DNA of 64,000 nt from Amphiscolops sp. MND2022 (Eukaryota): contig OZ076409.1 of NCBI GenBank assembly GCA_964187785.1, forward strand, positions 85,686,001 through 85,750,000, read 5' to 3'. A model generated the notes under the pieces. That model did not search any database, was not told the DNA's origin, and saw nothing but the letters and a program-made list of their open reading frames with translations. Below are positions 14,398 through 26,600 of this stretch, piece after piece (position 1 is the first letter of the stretch; the number at the start of each line of letters is the position of its first letter). The position numbers and the translations under genes are program-made.

Positions 14398-15532
14398 CGC
14401 CGTTTCTTCTTAAGATAGTTCGCATACAATTTGCACGTAACCACTTCTTCAGCTGTTAACTGGGCTTACGCGCGGTGCATATGAATGCCGTTTGCTTTCG
14501 AATAATGCGCAATGTCGTCAATTCCTGAACTAAAAACAAAAATTAAGCGAGTATTTGAAACAGATCTTTGACAGAAACAACCTTGAAAACTGGGAAGCAG
14601 TACAAAGTAATGCTTACTCACGGTGGGGCAAAGAGCGTTTCTTTCGTTTGGTTTGATTGCGTTGAAAACGAACAGCAGCCTAACCGTTAGAGCATGAACT
14701 TGATAAGCAATGAGGCATATACTCCCAGAGGGTACATCTATCAGAGCAGCCAAACAGTAGACTGCAAAAAAATTTTGTGATGACACTGACATCCAACAAT
14801 CACGACAGAAAGAAGAACTTTCAAAGTTTTAAGTGGATGAAAAACAAAAGAAGAGAAAGTTCAATATGGAGTAAAGTGCGCTTTAATCTTTTTGCCGGGC
14901 GATAATGCTGGGTCCGCCCAGGAGTAAGCAGCGGGCCTAAACTAGTCCCACTAACACTAGCTGGAGAGAGGGAGTGGCGTCTGGAAGGCTGCGGCTTGAC
15001 TCAAGCTTTGCCCCATAAAGTAAAAAAGTAATCGGTGCAAGAAATAGGAGTACTCACATAAGCGAAGACACCATCGAAACCTTCTGGAAACCTCTTGGCA
15101 CAACCATGACAGAACTGAACCCCTACCGGTTTTAATTGCCAGTGTAGAGTGCTTGTGCCTGTAGCTTCATCGTCGCCTCATCTTCTTTAGAGTACAACAG
15201 AGTTGCTCTTGATCGCTTGGTGCCAGTTGCTTCTTCAACAGACTTCAGACGTTTACTGCAGTGTACACTGAGACTTTTGGCCGTGCAGATAAGCGGGAGT
15301 TAAGTGCATATTACTGAGGAAACAGCCGGAGCTTTCCTATTTGGCCCAGGACGCTATCTTCGAATTTTTGACGTTACAACCGAAGTAACTTGTTTTTTAG
15401 TCGGCGCCTCTTCCCTTAAGGAAAAAAGCCCGACTATTACAGTGGGTAGTTTTTTTTCAGCCTACAATCTCACCCTGATTGGTCCACTTTTCTTACAATC
15501 TTTGTTCATTTGTTCAACTAATTTTCTAATTT

Positions 15533-16405
15533 TCTGAGAAGCCGGAGACCGTGGGTTCGATTCTCGCACTAAACCACAAATTTTTTATGCTTCCAAAAGT
15601 AGATGCGAGACCAAAGGTTTTCTTTCGTTTGATTTTTTTCGTTTTTTTCGGCAATATGGGACTTTTTTTCGAAAATTTTCGGATTCTATCAAAGGGTAAC
15701 CCCTTGCATTTTTTTGGTTTGTAAAAACGTTTAATGAGCCTGAATGGCCTCTTTTTGAGTTTTTCGGCATTGTGCGACTTTCTGAAAAAATACTTTTTTT
15801 TCGAAAAAAAATTTTTCAAATTTTTTTTTGAAAAAATAGTTTTTCCAAATGTTTCCAATAGTTGTTCTTTGAATATTTTTGAGCCTTAGATATGGCGCCG
15901 ACTTGAGACGATCCCGTCTTGTTTTTTACTGAGGAGAGAGCGGACGTTGAAGAATAACGCGCAACATCCATTTGTTCGACAATATATTTGAAATAAATTG
16001 CGTTTTACTGTCGAGGAGGTGCAGGTTCGAAAGTATAGCCCTTTATCCCAATTTTGGACGTAGTACCCAAAGTGAATTGCGTTCTATCGGGGAGGAAGCA
16101 GAGATCAGAAAATATTGTGCTGTGTCCGAATTTTTGACGCAGTACAGTGGTTTTTTTACGGGTGCCGCGGGGTTCGAAGAAACGCCATTGGACACAGCAC
16201 GGTAAGTACATTTTTTACGTTATATCCGAAGTAAAGCGCATCTTATTAGGAATGAGGCGGGGGTTAAAAACAACTCTTCTTTTAGTTTCTTACAGTTCTG
16301 TGAAATTAAGAATTTATTCAAAAGAGAACCCTTGTCGCTTTGACGTACTTTTACTCTTTTTGAGCCTTAAGCGGGACGCTGATGTTTGCCGTTACCGGCT
16401 TGGTT
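15533..16405 (+). repeat. Two related interspersed repeats with tRNA-like B-box motifs and a shared 3' hairpin end
   Basis: T-arm-like GTGGGTTCGATTCTCGC at ~15551. Similar ends GAGCCTTAGATATGGCGCCGACTTGAGACGATCCCGTCTTGTT (15881-15923) and GAGCCTTAAGCGGGACGCTGATGTTTGCCGTTACCGGCTTGGTT (~16362-16405). Confidence 0.4.
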
Positions 16406-17304
16406 TCCCAAATGCGTGTTAACAGAGTTAATTGTCGCAGTGCAATTGCGCTTCCTGTTGTATAATTTTTCAAATGATTTGATAAATGTTGATAAAGTTC
16501 GTTTATAGTCAGCTAGTTTAGTTGAATTGGGCTCAATTTCATTGTCTATCGAAGTGGATTTGGTTCTTTGGACTTTTAAAAGTGCTCTAATTTAACCTTT
16601 AATCTCATCCCTTCATTCTGCAACGGGAATTGGAGTCTTTTTTGGTTTTTTGACAGTCAAGTGCTCATCACAAAATATACTGCTCAATATTCACCGGCTC
16701 CTGTACGCCGCGCGATCTATACTCGATTATAAATACTCGATAGCTGAAACATCTGAAATGGACTTTTTGTGTGATCTTTTTCAACTTTGAATGCCAAGTC
16801 ACTCTCTGTACTTGTTTCTGTAGTAATTTGCCTGCCTATTTCTTAATTCCTAAATGGCATATTGGCATTGGAAATGTGAAAAGCACGTTCCTCTATTTTG
16901 GGACATTTACAATTAGATTAGAGAAAACTAAAAGAGTTCCGGAATTGTGGAGTTTGCACTGTGATGAGGCTCTCACCTCATTCATAAGAACTCGCTCTGT
17001 CCGTTTTCAAATTCTACACAACCATAATTGCTATAGCTCTGAAAATCTCAACTTTTTTCGAGGGAGCTATCGTGGAAGTTAACATATTTTGTATCAGAAT
17101 TCTAGTTTTTCATGGCATTTTCTTGTATATTTGACCCGACTTTCGAAGCGTTTAACTTTTCACGTGACCATAACGACCCGGGAAATGAATAATTTGGCGC
17201 AGTTAAAGCTTCAAAAGTGCAATTGTCTAAGGAATTGTCCTCGAAAAATTTATCAAACTCACAGTCCTGAAAAAAATGAGAAGGGAGGATACTTGGGGCT
17301 ATAA

Positions 17305-17846
17305 CCTCGTTAGTGATTTGTCCTCAAGTGAGGATAGCCATTTTTCTTCACAATCAATAAAAAATTACGAAACGCAAAAAGCATATAGGAAAACGAAAGT
17401 TTGTCTTTCTTATCAACGATCTATTGGACTATCTGGGGCCAGTTCATATTTGTGTCAATATAGTTTGTTTTCCGAACCACCGGCAAAAAAGTAACTGGAA
17501 AAAGGTAAAATTTGCAAAAAAATACTTTTTAGAAAATTCAAAATAACAGCAACAGTTTGCTTAGTTACAGTCACACTCTAGTAACACATTTTGCAACTTT
17601 GAAAACGCAAATAGAAGTTTTTTGAAATGAAGCTTTAGCTAAGAGGTCGACCGGTATTTGAAAGCCCGGGTGGTTTTGTCAGCCCAAAAAGTGGCGCCAA
17701 CTCCCAGCTTAAGTAGTGTGCATTTGAAAGCTTGGATGAAGGGCTTTCAGGAACAGAAAACTGATTTGAGTTCGTAGAAAAATTAGGCATTTAAAATGTT
17801 GCCAATTTCTTTGTCAATTTTTTGACTTCTCGGTGTGCTGACGAGG
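17305..17846. mobile_element. piggyBac-like non-autonomous element (MITE)
   Basis: Inverted ends CCTCGTTAG / CTGACGAGG, flanked by ATAA (left) and TTAA (right). Confidence 0.45.
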
Positions 17847-18128
17847 TTAAAGAGCTTTTCTAACTATTTTTCTGATAATCAAAGGAAGTATCTTTTAGAA
17901 AATTAGAAACAGACAAATTTCGTCCAGGTATCAACCACCAACTTAATCGTTGGGAACTTTGTAACCTATTTTAAGGACGGCTCCAAGTTTGGATCATCTA
18001 ATATTCTAGTATTCAGTATGATTAGCTACTAATATCTCTGAAAACGAGTCACCTCAATGTATCATTGTAGTTGAAGACTACACAAATGGTATGAGCATTT
18101 GTTGGCAACTATAGTTTTGGTGTCTGGG

Positions 18129-18990
18129 TGTAAGGAACGTTGTCCGTGTGATCCCTCAGATCACAAGCTGACCTTGTGTCCTTCTTTGCTAATTTTGTAT
18201 TTGCGTTCTTCCATACATATCTAATTCCATCCTCATTTGTGGACGTACACGGCTCAACGCCATGTTGGTTCAAAGGCAAAGTTTCGACCATGTTTTGTAT
18301 TTCCGGGATTATTCTCTCACTAATGGCAGAACTAATAGCTCTTCTAATTTTAGTATACATTACGTCCATCATTGTCTCCATTTCCCGAGACATCCTAGCA
18401 TTCATTTCTCCTGATAGCATAATGATTGATTATATCAGTCTACTTTCCCTACCAGGCTCATTTCGGCTATCAATGTGTCTAATTTCATTCTCTAGAGATG
18501 AATTTTTTGTATTCGGGAAAGACTGAAAGTCTTGTTGCCTTTCTGGGACATTAATAAGGCTGTCCAGTTCTTTTTCTATTGAGTTGGAATTTCCTTCACC
18601 TAACATTACATCCATATTGTTGTAATCTGACAGCATGTATAACTTTCCTAACTTTCTGGCCTTAGCCTTTTGTTTCCTTGTGGAAGGCATTGAAAATGTT
18701 TCTCCGTGAGAAAATTTTTGAATTGTTCCTGTAGACAATAGAAAACTAAGTTTCACAGTGAATCTTGTACAACTTGTATAAAAGCAACTGAACAGTAACT
18801 GTATCACTAGGATTATTGAATTTGAGGGCCAACTTGGGCATATTTATACCCAAGTTAGCATGACATCCATAATTTTAACAGTCAAGACGCTATAAATAGC
18901 ACACAGGCTAAACATAGATACAACATGACTATAAATAGCAACATGACGTCATTGCAGACTTGTGCGGGCGGCTAGATCAACGCGCCCGAC
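18129..18990 (-). mobile_element. Solo LTR or LTR remnant containing a gag N-terminus
   Basis: Frameshifted ORF MPSTRKQKAKARK...AISSAISERIIPEIQN ending at a TG boundary (18129). TATAAATA on the minus strand near 18841. Outer end approximate. Confidence 0.6.
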
Positions 18991-20318
18991 AAGGACACAG
19001 AGCGTATAGGTCAAATAGTTTACAAGCATAATTTCATGTATGAAACAATTTTACATGCATAACACTTCATGCTGACCCTGTACGGCTCATGGCCGCAAGA
19101 GATTATTTAGATCCACTCAATTGTATGAAGGGAAGGGCAACACTACATATTGATATTTACATGAGGTTGAATTTCTTCCATCTTGACATCATCAAAACAG
19201 CATCAATTTCATATTAGTTCTAAGGAATGGAAGTACTCATTTAGTCTGCTGGCCGTATTGGGCCTTATTTTCATATAATAATAACACTAGCATCGTTTTG
19301 ACGAGTAAGACCATTTAGTTATTAAAGCTGTACTCGCTTTGTTCTATTCATTCAATAATAGCACAGTATATCAACGAAATGTAATTAGACCACTTAGGTC
19401 CTTTCCGATTAGTAAATGAATGTATTACAGCAACTATAAGTATGGCTAGAAAGCTCTGTTTGGCTGATTCGCCGCGGGCGGCTATGCTAGCTATACTGAA
19501 CAGGCAAACATTTGAACTCGTTTCCTTTCTGCCTGTCAGTATATCTTGCTGTCAAATATTAACTGCACTTTAAATACAAATACATAAACTGTTTTACATG
19601 TGTTGAAAATAACAAAAATAAGTAGCGTTTTCAAGTTTATTAACAATTGCATTCATATAGGCAATGTTCCGGGTAGGGCAGTAGATAGGCTGTGGTCAAT
19701 GGTATGAAAATTACCATCGCAGGCGGCCGCCTGCGACACTGGGGAATATTAGGTATTGGTCACACACTAATGTATCTATTTCACTCGAACTTTTCGAAAG
19801 TGATTGTTCAACTTTGAGAGGTTCGTCTGCCATAATGACTTCGTTTTGACGGATGAAATTAGACATACGGCCACCGTTTGGGTTGGTAGAGGTGTTGATA
19901 AAATGCTGTTGTTGTAATAATTCGGGAACATTGTTTGCTGGAGTAGTTTTAGTAATTGATGGAAACTTGGAAGACGTTATAGTACTTTATTGGTCATTTT
20001 CGTATGGTTAAGTTTTGACAAATCCTGAAATATTTGTCAAGATCTGTACAGATCTGTACAAATCCGCACAGAATTTTTTTTTCAAACTTTAATTAAGAGA
20101 TGTATTTATCTTGTAGAGCACTTTTTAATCAACTATTTTCCATTTCAAAACCGCTTTTATGATTAGTTAATTTTCGAAAAATCCTAGAATATCTGTCAGG
20201 ATCTGTACAGATCTGTACAGATTCACAGGGAGTGCTCAACATGGGTATAACTCGTAGCCAGTGTTTAATACATAAAAGGACACATAGAGCCAGTTCGTAT
20301 TTTCACCGCAAATACAAG

Positions 20319-22573
20319 TGTCACGACCCGCTCCCGGTCGGGATTATAGCTGCTGCAGTGGGATACCTGGTTTCGAAATTGGCCGGGGACAAGGCCGAGG
20401 TAAACTCTATTAAACTAATTTTAAACTGATCTAAATTCTACTTACAGTACAGCGAAATCGATTGCAGATAATTTTCCAAATGCAAAACCTAGCGTAAACG
20501 TTACGGAACACTTTTCAGAAATGATTTTTAGCTAAAACTTCCGGTCAATTATTCCCCGCGCGTGATAAGATTTTTCACTTCCGGTATGATCTTCTGATTT
20601 TCTGCCATACTAATCTAAACACTAAAATGAACATTTATAATTGGGATCATTCTTTCCACTGGTCCACACTAAAATGAAAACATTAAAATAAAATTCAATT
20701 CCGAGATCCCAACGGAATTCATACAATCTAAAATGAAAAGGAACAGACAAATAATAGAGCGGAATTGTTTTCCAGAGATGAAGTGGTTGTCAATATTCAC
20801 TTAAAGCACAGCCAAGTGATTTAGGCAAATATTTACAACGCTATGGCAACGCCAATCTACTGAGCTAATATTAGGAATTTTGCTTCTACGGACCAATAAC
20901 GTCACTCTATTGATAGAACTATTCTTAGCTAAGCTGAATAAAAGCAATTTTGGTTGCCCCTAGCAACACCAATTGAAATAAGAGAGAGGGAATGAATTCA
21001 CCTACGCACTCCGCTTTCTCTCCGCTTGATCTGATAGCTGAGCTATGAGCAACCTTAATACGTACGGGACAGCTACGGAGCGGATTGTAAAATTGTATTC
21101 CGCCGTTCAGCTATAACCAATCTTAATACGTACGGAACAACTCGTAAAATGATAGCGGTGAAGTATTAGTTTAAACCGAAATCAAATAAGGATTTTTCTG
21201 AATCGACGCACTTAATGAATTTTTGAAAACAAGTCCACATGTAAAAGGTTGTACTGTAAGAAAGGACTAAAATTATGTTCGAAGAGTAACGGTGCTATTG
21301 CAATAGTTTCTCAATTCACGCGTGCCTTACGTTACATTAAGAGTTTATGTATTCAGTGATTAGTTGTTTATCATTAAAATGTTTCACAGAACGTAACGTA
21401 AGGTCAACGTCAAAACCCAAACCAAATGCTATTGATGCAGAATGCCTGCCCTGCCTATTCATATGCGATGCCCAATCGAGTGCAGAATAATTATTGCCTG
21501 CAAATACATTTCCTTTCCTATCTATTTGTACTTTGCAATTCGTATGTTACGTTATGGCCACGTATAGGTCAAAGTTAGAATTTCTGTTGGTGCAGTTGTT
21601 TAGTTTACAAAATTAACCGTATAATCATCATTATGTTTTCTCTTAGCGTCGCTTGTTCCTCAATAATATTCAAATATCCGTAGTCCGAAATTCCTTTTGC
21701 CTCGTTTCAATTTCGTTAATTTTTGCGAGTCATTCTTTTACTTCGAATCTCAATCTCCCAAATTGAAAGTTGACTAATTGTTCATGCCGGCGTACTTACG
21801 CTGATGAATATGCAAGCTAGACTTTTATTTTACCGCGATTTTGAGACTTAAACAGGAAATGGGATTGCCTGAACAAAAATGATTTCAACAAATTTACGGA
21901 ACACTGACGCAACTAGGAATTTTGATGCCTGGTTTTTACGACGCGGGACTGAAATGATATGAATCATTAGCGCTTTTTGTTGAACAAACCCGATTTTTGT
22001 GATACCTAGGAATTTTTAGGTGAGGAACAAATGATGCTGGGAAAGTATAAATATGTAGTACATACATGTAAAGTTAGTTAGTTGTGTTTTGCAAGTTGTA
22101 ATAAACTTAAACTGTTTTCGTTGTTTCAACGTTGAACAAAATCATCTTCGAAGAATTCATCTATTGCCGAAGAATCATTTTTTAACATTAAAAAATGACC
22201 ACTAGAAGCCAGAAGAGGAAAGCTGTAGCTGAATTAGTGTCTGGAGATTTTGAAGCTTCTTTAGCTGAAAATAACTCTGCTGAAAACCTGATACCCAGTT
22301 CTAGTAAAAATCCTAGACTTGAGCTTGAAAACCTGGAGGAAATAAAAACAACTCTGAGAAAAGAAATAATGACTGATCTAACAAAGATATTAGCCGAAAA
22401 CCAAAAGGAAATGCTTAAATTAATAGCACCAGCGAACAAGAAACGCTCAGTTAGTTCGAACATACAAGATTCTGATTCTGACCAAGAAAACATCTCCGTA
22501 ACGAGAACGTCCACTCCAGTCAAGACACAAACTGCGACTAGTTCTAAAACAACACCGGTCAATAGTCGTAACA
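20319..22573 (+). repeat. 5' LTR of element B (2255 bp)
   Basis: TGTCACG...CGTAACA, direct repeat of 34314-36568. TATAAAT at 22046 and AATAAA at 22100. Confidence 0.97.
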
Positions 22574-23604
22574 TGGTGACAGGAGTCCTCAATGATTCCA
22601 CTAACCAACCCACCAAAAGACCGAAAACGCAACGTATACTCAACGAACAACAAAAAGACCGTCCTTCCACATCAAAGATCCTGTTCGCCCCACAACCACA
22701 GACATTCCCATCAACCGACCTACTTCCGATGCCGAAAGCACTCACTGCTTCGCTCCCAGTTTTCGATGGTAAGTCCGAAAAGTTTGAACTTTTTGAGGAC
22801 CTATTCCGAAACAATATCAAAATGTATCCTCACCTAACCGAGATACAAAAGATCAACTACTTCCATTCACTCCTACGAGGAAACGCACTACAAGCGTATT
22901 GTAATCTCGATGACACCAAAAAAGACAATCTAGAAGAAGTCATAACGGCATTTAAACGCCGCTTTGGTGATTTCCAATCATCCGCTAAAGCGAGATGTGA
23001 GTGGGACGCCCTGCATTTTGACCCCACTAAACAGAAACTTCATGAGTTCCTTGACACCCTGCAAAAAACTGCGAAGGAAGCATTCGGCTCAGAAGCACAA
23101 AAATTCATTGATAAAGCAATCTACGCCAAAATGCCAGATCACGTCAAAAAGATCCTCAACAGAGCATATTTGGAAGATAAACCCTACAATGACATAGTTT
23201 TACATCTTGAGAGGGAAATGAGATTAAACGGACTAGGTGCGCCCGATGAAACAACCCTAGTCCCACTCAACACAGTGGACGCTGTAGTGACGGACCATCA
23301 AAAAGATCAACAACAACGAGGCCATTGCTTTCACTGTGGCAAATATGGCCACTACAAGGCACAGTGTCGCAAACTTCAACGAGAACGTTATAATACAGCC
23401 AAAACAAACACAAAAGACCTAGCCCAAAACGAAGTACCCAAACCCAAGTGTGATACATGTGGCAAGATGCACAAAACTGAGAATTGTTGGAACGGAGCCA
23501 ACGCAGCAAATGACCCCAGAAAGAAAAAACGAGAATTCACCATCCCAACCAACAAAATCAGTGAACAACCTGTACCCACCACGTCCTCTCAGCCAAAAAA
23601 CTAA
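22195..23604 (+). CDS. gag: Gag (469 aa), initiating inside the LTR
   Basis: LPVFDGKSEKFELFEDLF capsid-like region, zinc knuckles CFHCGKYGHYKAQC and CDTCGKMHKTENC. Confidence 0.93.
   Translation: MTTRSQKRKAVAELVSGDFEASLAENNSAENLIPSSSKNPRLELENLEEIKTTLRKEIMTDLTKILAENQKEMLKLIAPANKKRSVSSNIQDSDSDQENISVTRTSTPVKTQTATSSKTTPVNSRNMVTGVLNDSTNQPTKRPKTQRILNEQQKDRPSTSKILFAPQPQTFPSTDLLPMPKALTASLPVFDGKSEKFELFEDLFRNNIKMYPHLTEIQKINYFHSLLRGNALQAYCNLDDTKKDNLEEVITAFKRRFGDFQSSAKARCEWDALHFDPTKQKLHEFLDTLQKTAKEAFGSEAQKFIDKAIYAKMPDHVKKILNRAYLEDKPYNDIVLHLEREMRLNGLGAPDETTLVPLNTVDAVVTDHQKDQQQRGHCFHCGKYGHYKAQCRKLQRERYNTAKTNTKDLAQNEVPKPKCDTCGKMHKTENCWNGANAANDPRKKKREFTIPTNKISEQPVPTTSSQPKN
22574..22587 (+). promoter_or_regulatory. 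Primer-binding site (tRNA-Leu-like)
   Basis: TGGTGACAGGAGTC directly after the LTR end. It resembles the complement of tRNA-Leu 3' ends (TGGTGTCAGGAGT); tRNA identity is inferred. Confidence 0.75.
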
Positions 23605-23672
23605 AATCGCCGCGCCTACGATTTGGGGAAAAAGTAGACGCGAGGGCGTACACGATAGAGGACCCCCCAAAC
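23595..23672 (+). promoter_or_regulatory. -1 ribosomal frameshift signal (A AAA AAC slippery site plus downstream structure)
   Basis: Heptamer 23595-23601 precedes the gag stop. The -1 frame is open from there into pol. Confidence 0.8.
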
Positions 23673-26600
23673 AGGTATGAAGAAGATTTTTTAACTGAAT
23701 GTAATGAAGAACCAACTCAAGACTGGCAACGCCGCTGGAACGTAGGCATGATACTCAGGCATAACGCCAGACATCCAGAAGATCCAACACCACTACCCCA
23801 GTGGATAACAGAATCGCCCGATAACTACGCGACACTCAAAAGACCGTTACCGGAATCAAAAACAGACCGAATTTATATATATGACAGAGACTACAGATGT
23901 GACCCTTGGGACGAACCAACCATCTATGATACAAATAAACTATCCTTCAAAATACAAGTCTCAAACCCTCAAGCTCAAACCACGACGACCACAAACCTAC
24001 CGTCACCGCCGTCACCGATCCTAAAAAGAACAACACCGTCCCCAACAGCACCCGTCACCGTCACGTCCACACCGATCGATGCCGAAAACATCATATGCAT
24101 TGAAGACAAAACAATATGGTCACGACAAGCAAGAGAACAGCGAGAAAACACCGCTTCGCTCTCGTCATCACCACAAACCGCGCCAGCCACAGCAATAGCC
24201 GCTGAAGACGAAGAAATAACGGAATGTCACCCAACACTACCAGAAGATCTAGATGTCATCAAAGAATTCATCCAGCACGACAAGGAAGACGACTACATCC
24301 CGTTAATGTCTGCAATTGCCCTCAAGAAGAAAAAGAGAATGCTCTTCTTACCAATCGAATTCAACACTGTCAAAATCGAAGCCTTAGTCGACTCAGGTGC
24401 GTACATTAATGCTATTAGCGAAAGGGATGCTGAAAAACTCCACCAAAATGCGAGTCAATGCATTATTAACAAAGCACCTCCACCCCCTTTCAAAGTGCAA
24501 TACGCCAATGCCGAACTAGAACAACCACTTGCCACGTACACTCTACGCTTCAAAATAGGAGATTACACTTTTGAAGAAACATTCATTATCATGAATCAAA
24601 CGTCATTCCCCATAATTGGATTAGCGTTTCTACGAAAGCATGCCGCAATCCTTGACACGGCACAGGGAACCATCAACTTTCCCAAGATCCAAATCACGAT
24701 GGCGCTCACAGACGAAAGACAAAAGTGCAATCCAAAACCCATCACGATAAAGACCGAAGCCAAACACACAATTCCAGCACACTCTACCCGAATCATATAC
24801 GCAACAATCCCTGTGAGTACCGAACACTCAATAACGGGCACAATACAACCCCTACCACAATTCGATGAATGCGCGAAAGTAATAGTAGCCCCAGCGATTA
24901 CAACAGCTAGAGATAAAAAGCTCCCAATTAAAATCGCCAACACCACGGATTTTCCATACACAATAGCCAACGACACCAAAATGGCCGAACTGCAAATCCT
25001 GAAACCCGAAGAAACGAAGATGATCCGCCCAGTTGACATTGCTGCCCTGAATCTCCTCAATGACCATGACGATGTGGTCACGTACATCAACGCACTAATG
25101 CAAGTAGAACGGCCAGAAGACAACGAAGAAAAATTCTGGTTCCCGACCCCAGATCACCCAGGCAACGAACAAGAACATTCGCCCATACAAAAGCGAATCC
25201 TGAAAGAACTGCGAGACCTTGCCGAATTAGAAAAACTTGACCCAACCGAAAACGAAGACTCTCGCAACAAATTTCTATCAATGTTCAAATGGACAGACTC
25301 ACTAATTACGGGCAAAGACCGTGAAAAACTTGAGGACACCATTGTTGAATTCAATGACATCTTTGCTCGACACCGACTAGATATCGGGATGAATACACAG
25401 TTCAAAGTCAGCCTAACACCACAGGACGACAAACCAGTCTACACACAGAGCTTACCCGTCCCGATCAACCTCAAAGAAGACCTAACAGTGGAACTGGCAC
25501 TGATGCACAAATACGGCATCATCACGACACTCCCCTTCTCCAAGTACGCCAGTCCTATATTTGCACAACGGAAACCCAACGGCAAACTGAGACTACTGGT
25601 GGATCTGCGCAAAATCAACGCACTCATAGCAGATGACTACATCAACAACAACCACCCTGTCAGCACCCTCTCAGATGCGGCACAACACCTAGCAGGGAAA
25701 AAACTATTCTGCAAACTTGACTGCTCCCAGGCGTACCACTGCCTTCAAATGGCAGACCAAAGGTCAGTAGAGTTACTTGCTTTTAATTTTGCTAGTAGGA
25801 CGTTCGCCTACCGTCGCCTGGCACAAGGACTAAGCAGAGCTCTATCAGCCTTTTCGAGCTTCATGCGTGAGTATCTGGACTCAGTCATTAAAGCCGATCA
25901 ATGTGCACAATACGTAGATGACATTGGCATTGCCGCAAACACAACGGAACAGCTCATAAAAAACATCAGAGCAGTCTTCAAATGCATCCGGAAAGCAGGA
26001 CTAAAACTAACCATCGAAAAATGCCATTTTGGAGTAACCCAAATCGAATTTCTTGGACGAACCATCACCCCCGACGGAGTAGCCCCGCAAGATCAAAAAG
26101 TCAAAAATTTCCTCTACAAAGTACGCTTCCCCAAATCCAAAAAACAAGTTCAAAAATACATTGGCTTTGTTAACTATTACCGCAACTACATACCGCGCTT
26201 ATCAGAAAAACTCATCGGCATGTACGAACTTCTTAAAGCAGACTCCAAGATCAGAATTTCAGAAGAACTTGTCGATAACTTTAAGGAAATCAACGCCAGT
26301 TTAGCGGAAGCTTGTGGACTCGCACTAAGACAGCCTATAGCAGGAAAACAGTACGTTCTAATGACGGACGCAAGCTTTCGTGCGTCAGGCTACGCCCTCA
26401 TGATTGAGGAGAACGATGAACGCAAAATACTCTCCAAACGGAAAACCTTCGCACCAGTAGCGTTCGGATCACGAGTTTTTTCACCTGCACAACTGAAAAT
26501 GTCTATCTACTGCAAGGAATTCTTAGCAATCTACCATGCATTCCTCGAATACAGCCACATACTATGGGAAGCAACAATTCCAACCCTGGTCTTAACAGAC

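Noticed and set aside
15533..15580. tRNA gene
   Set aside because: Only a T-arm / 3'-half-like sequence; no D-arm or pairing acceptor stem was found.
19737..20234. Possible CACT-ended MITE with GATCTGTACA repeats
   Set aside because: The terminal match is only about 4 bp and no TSD was identified.
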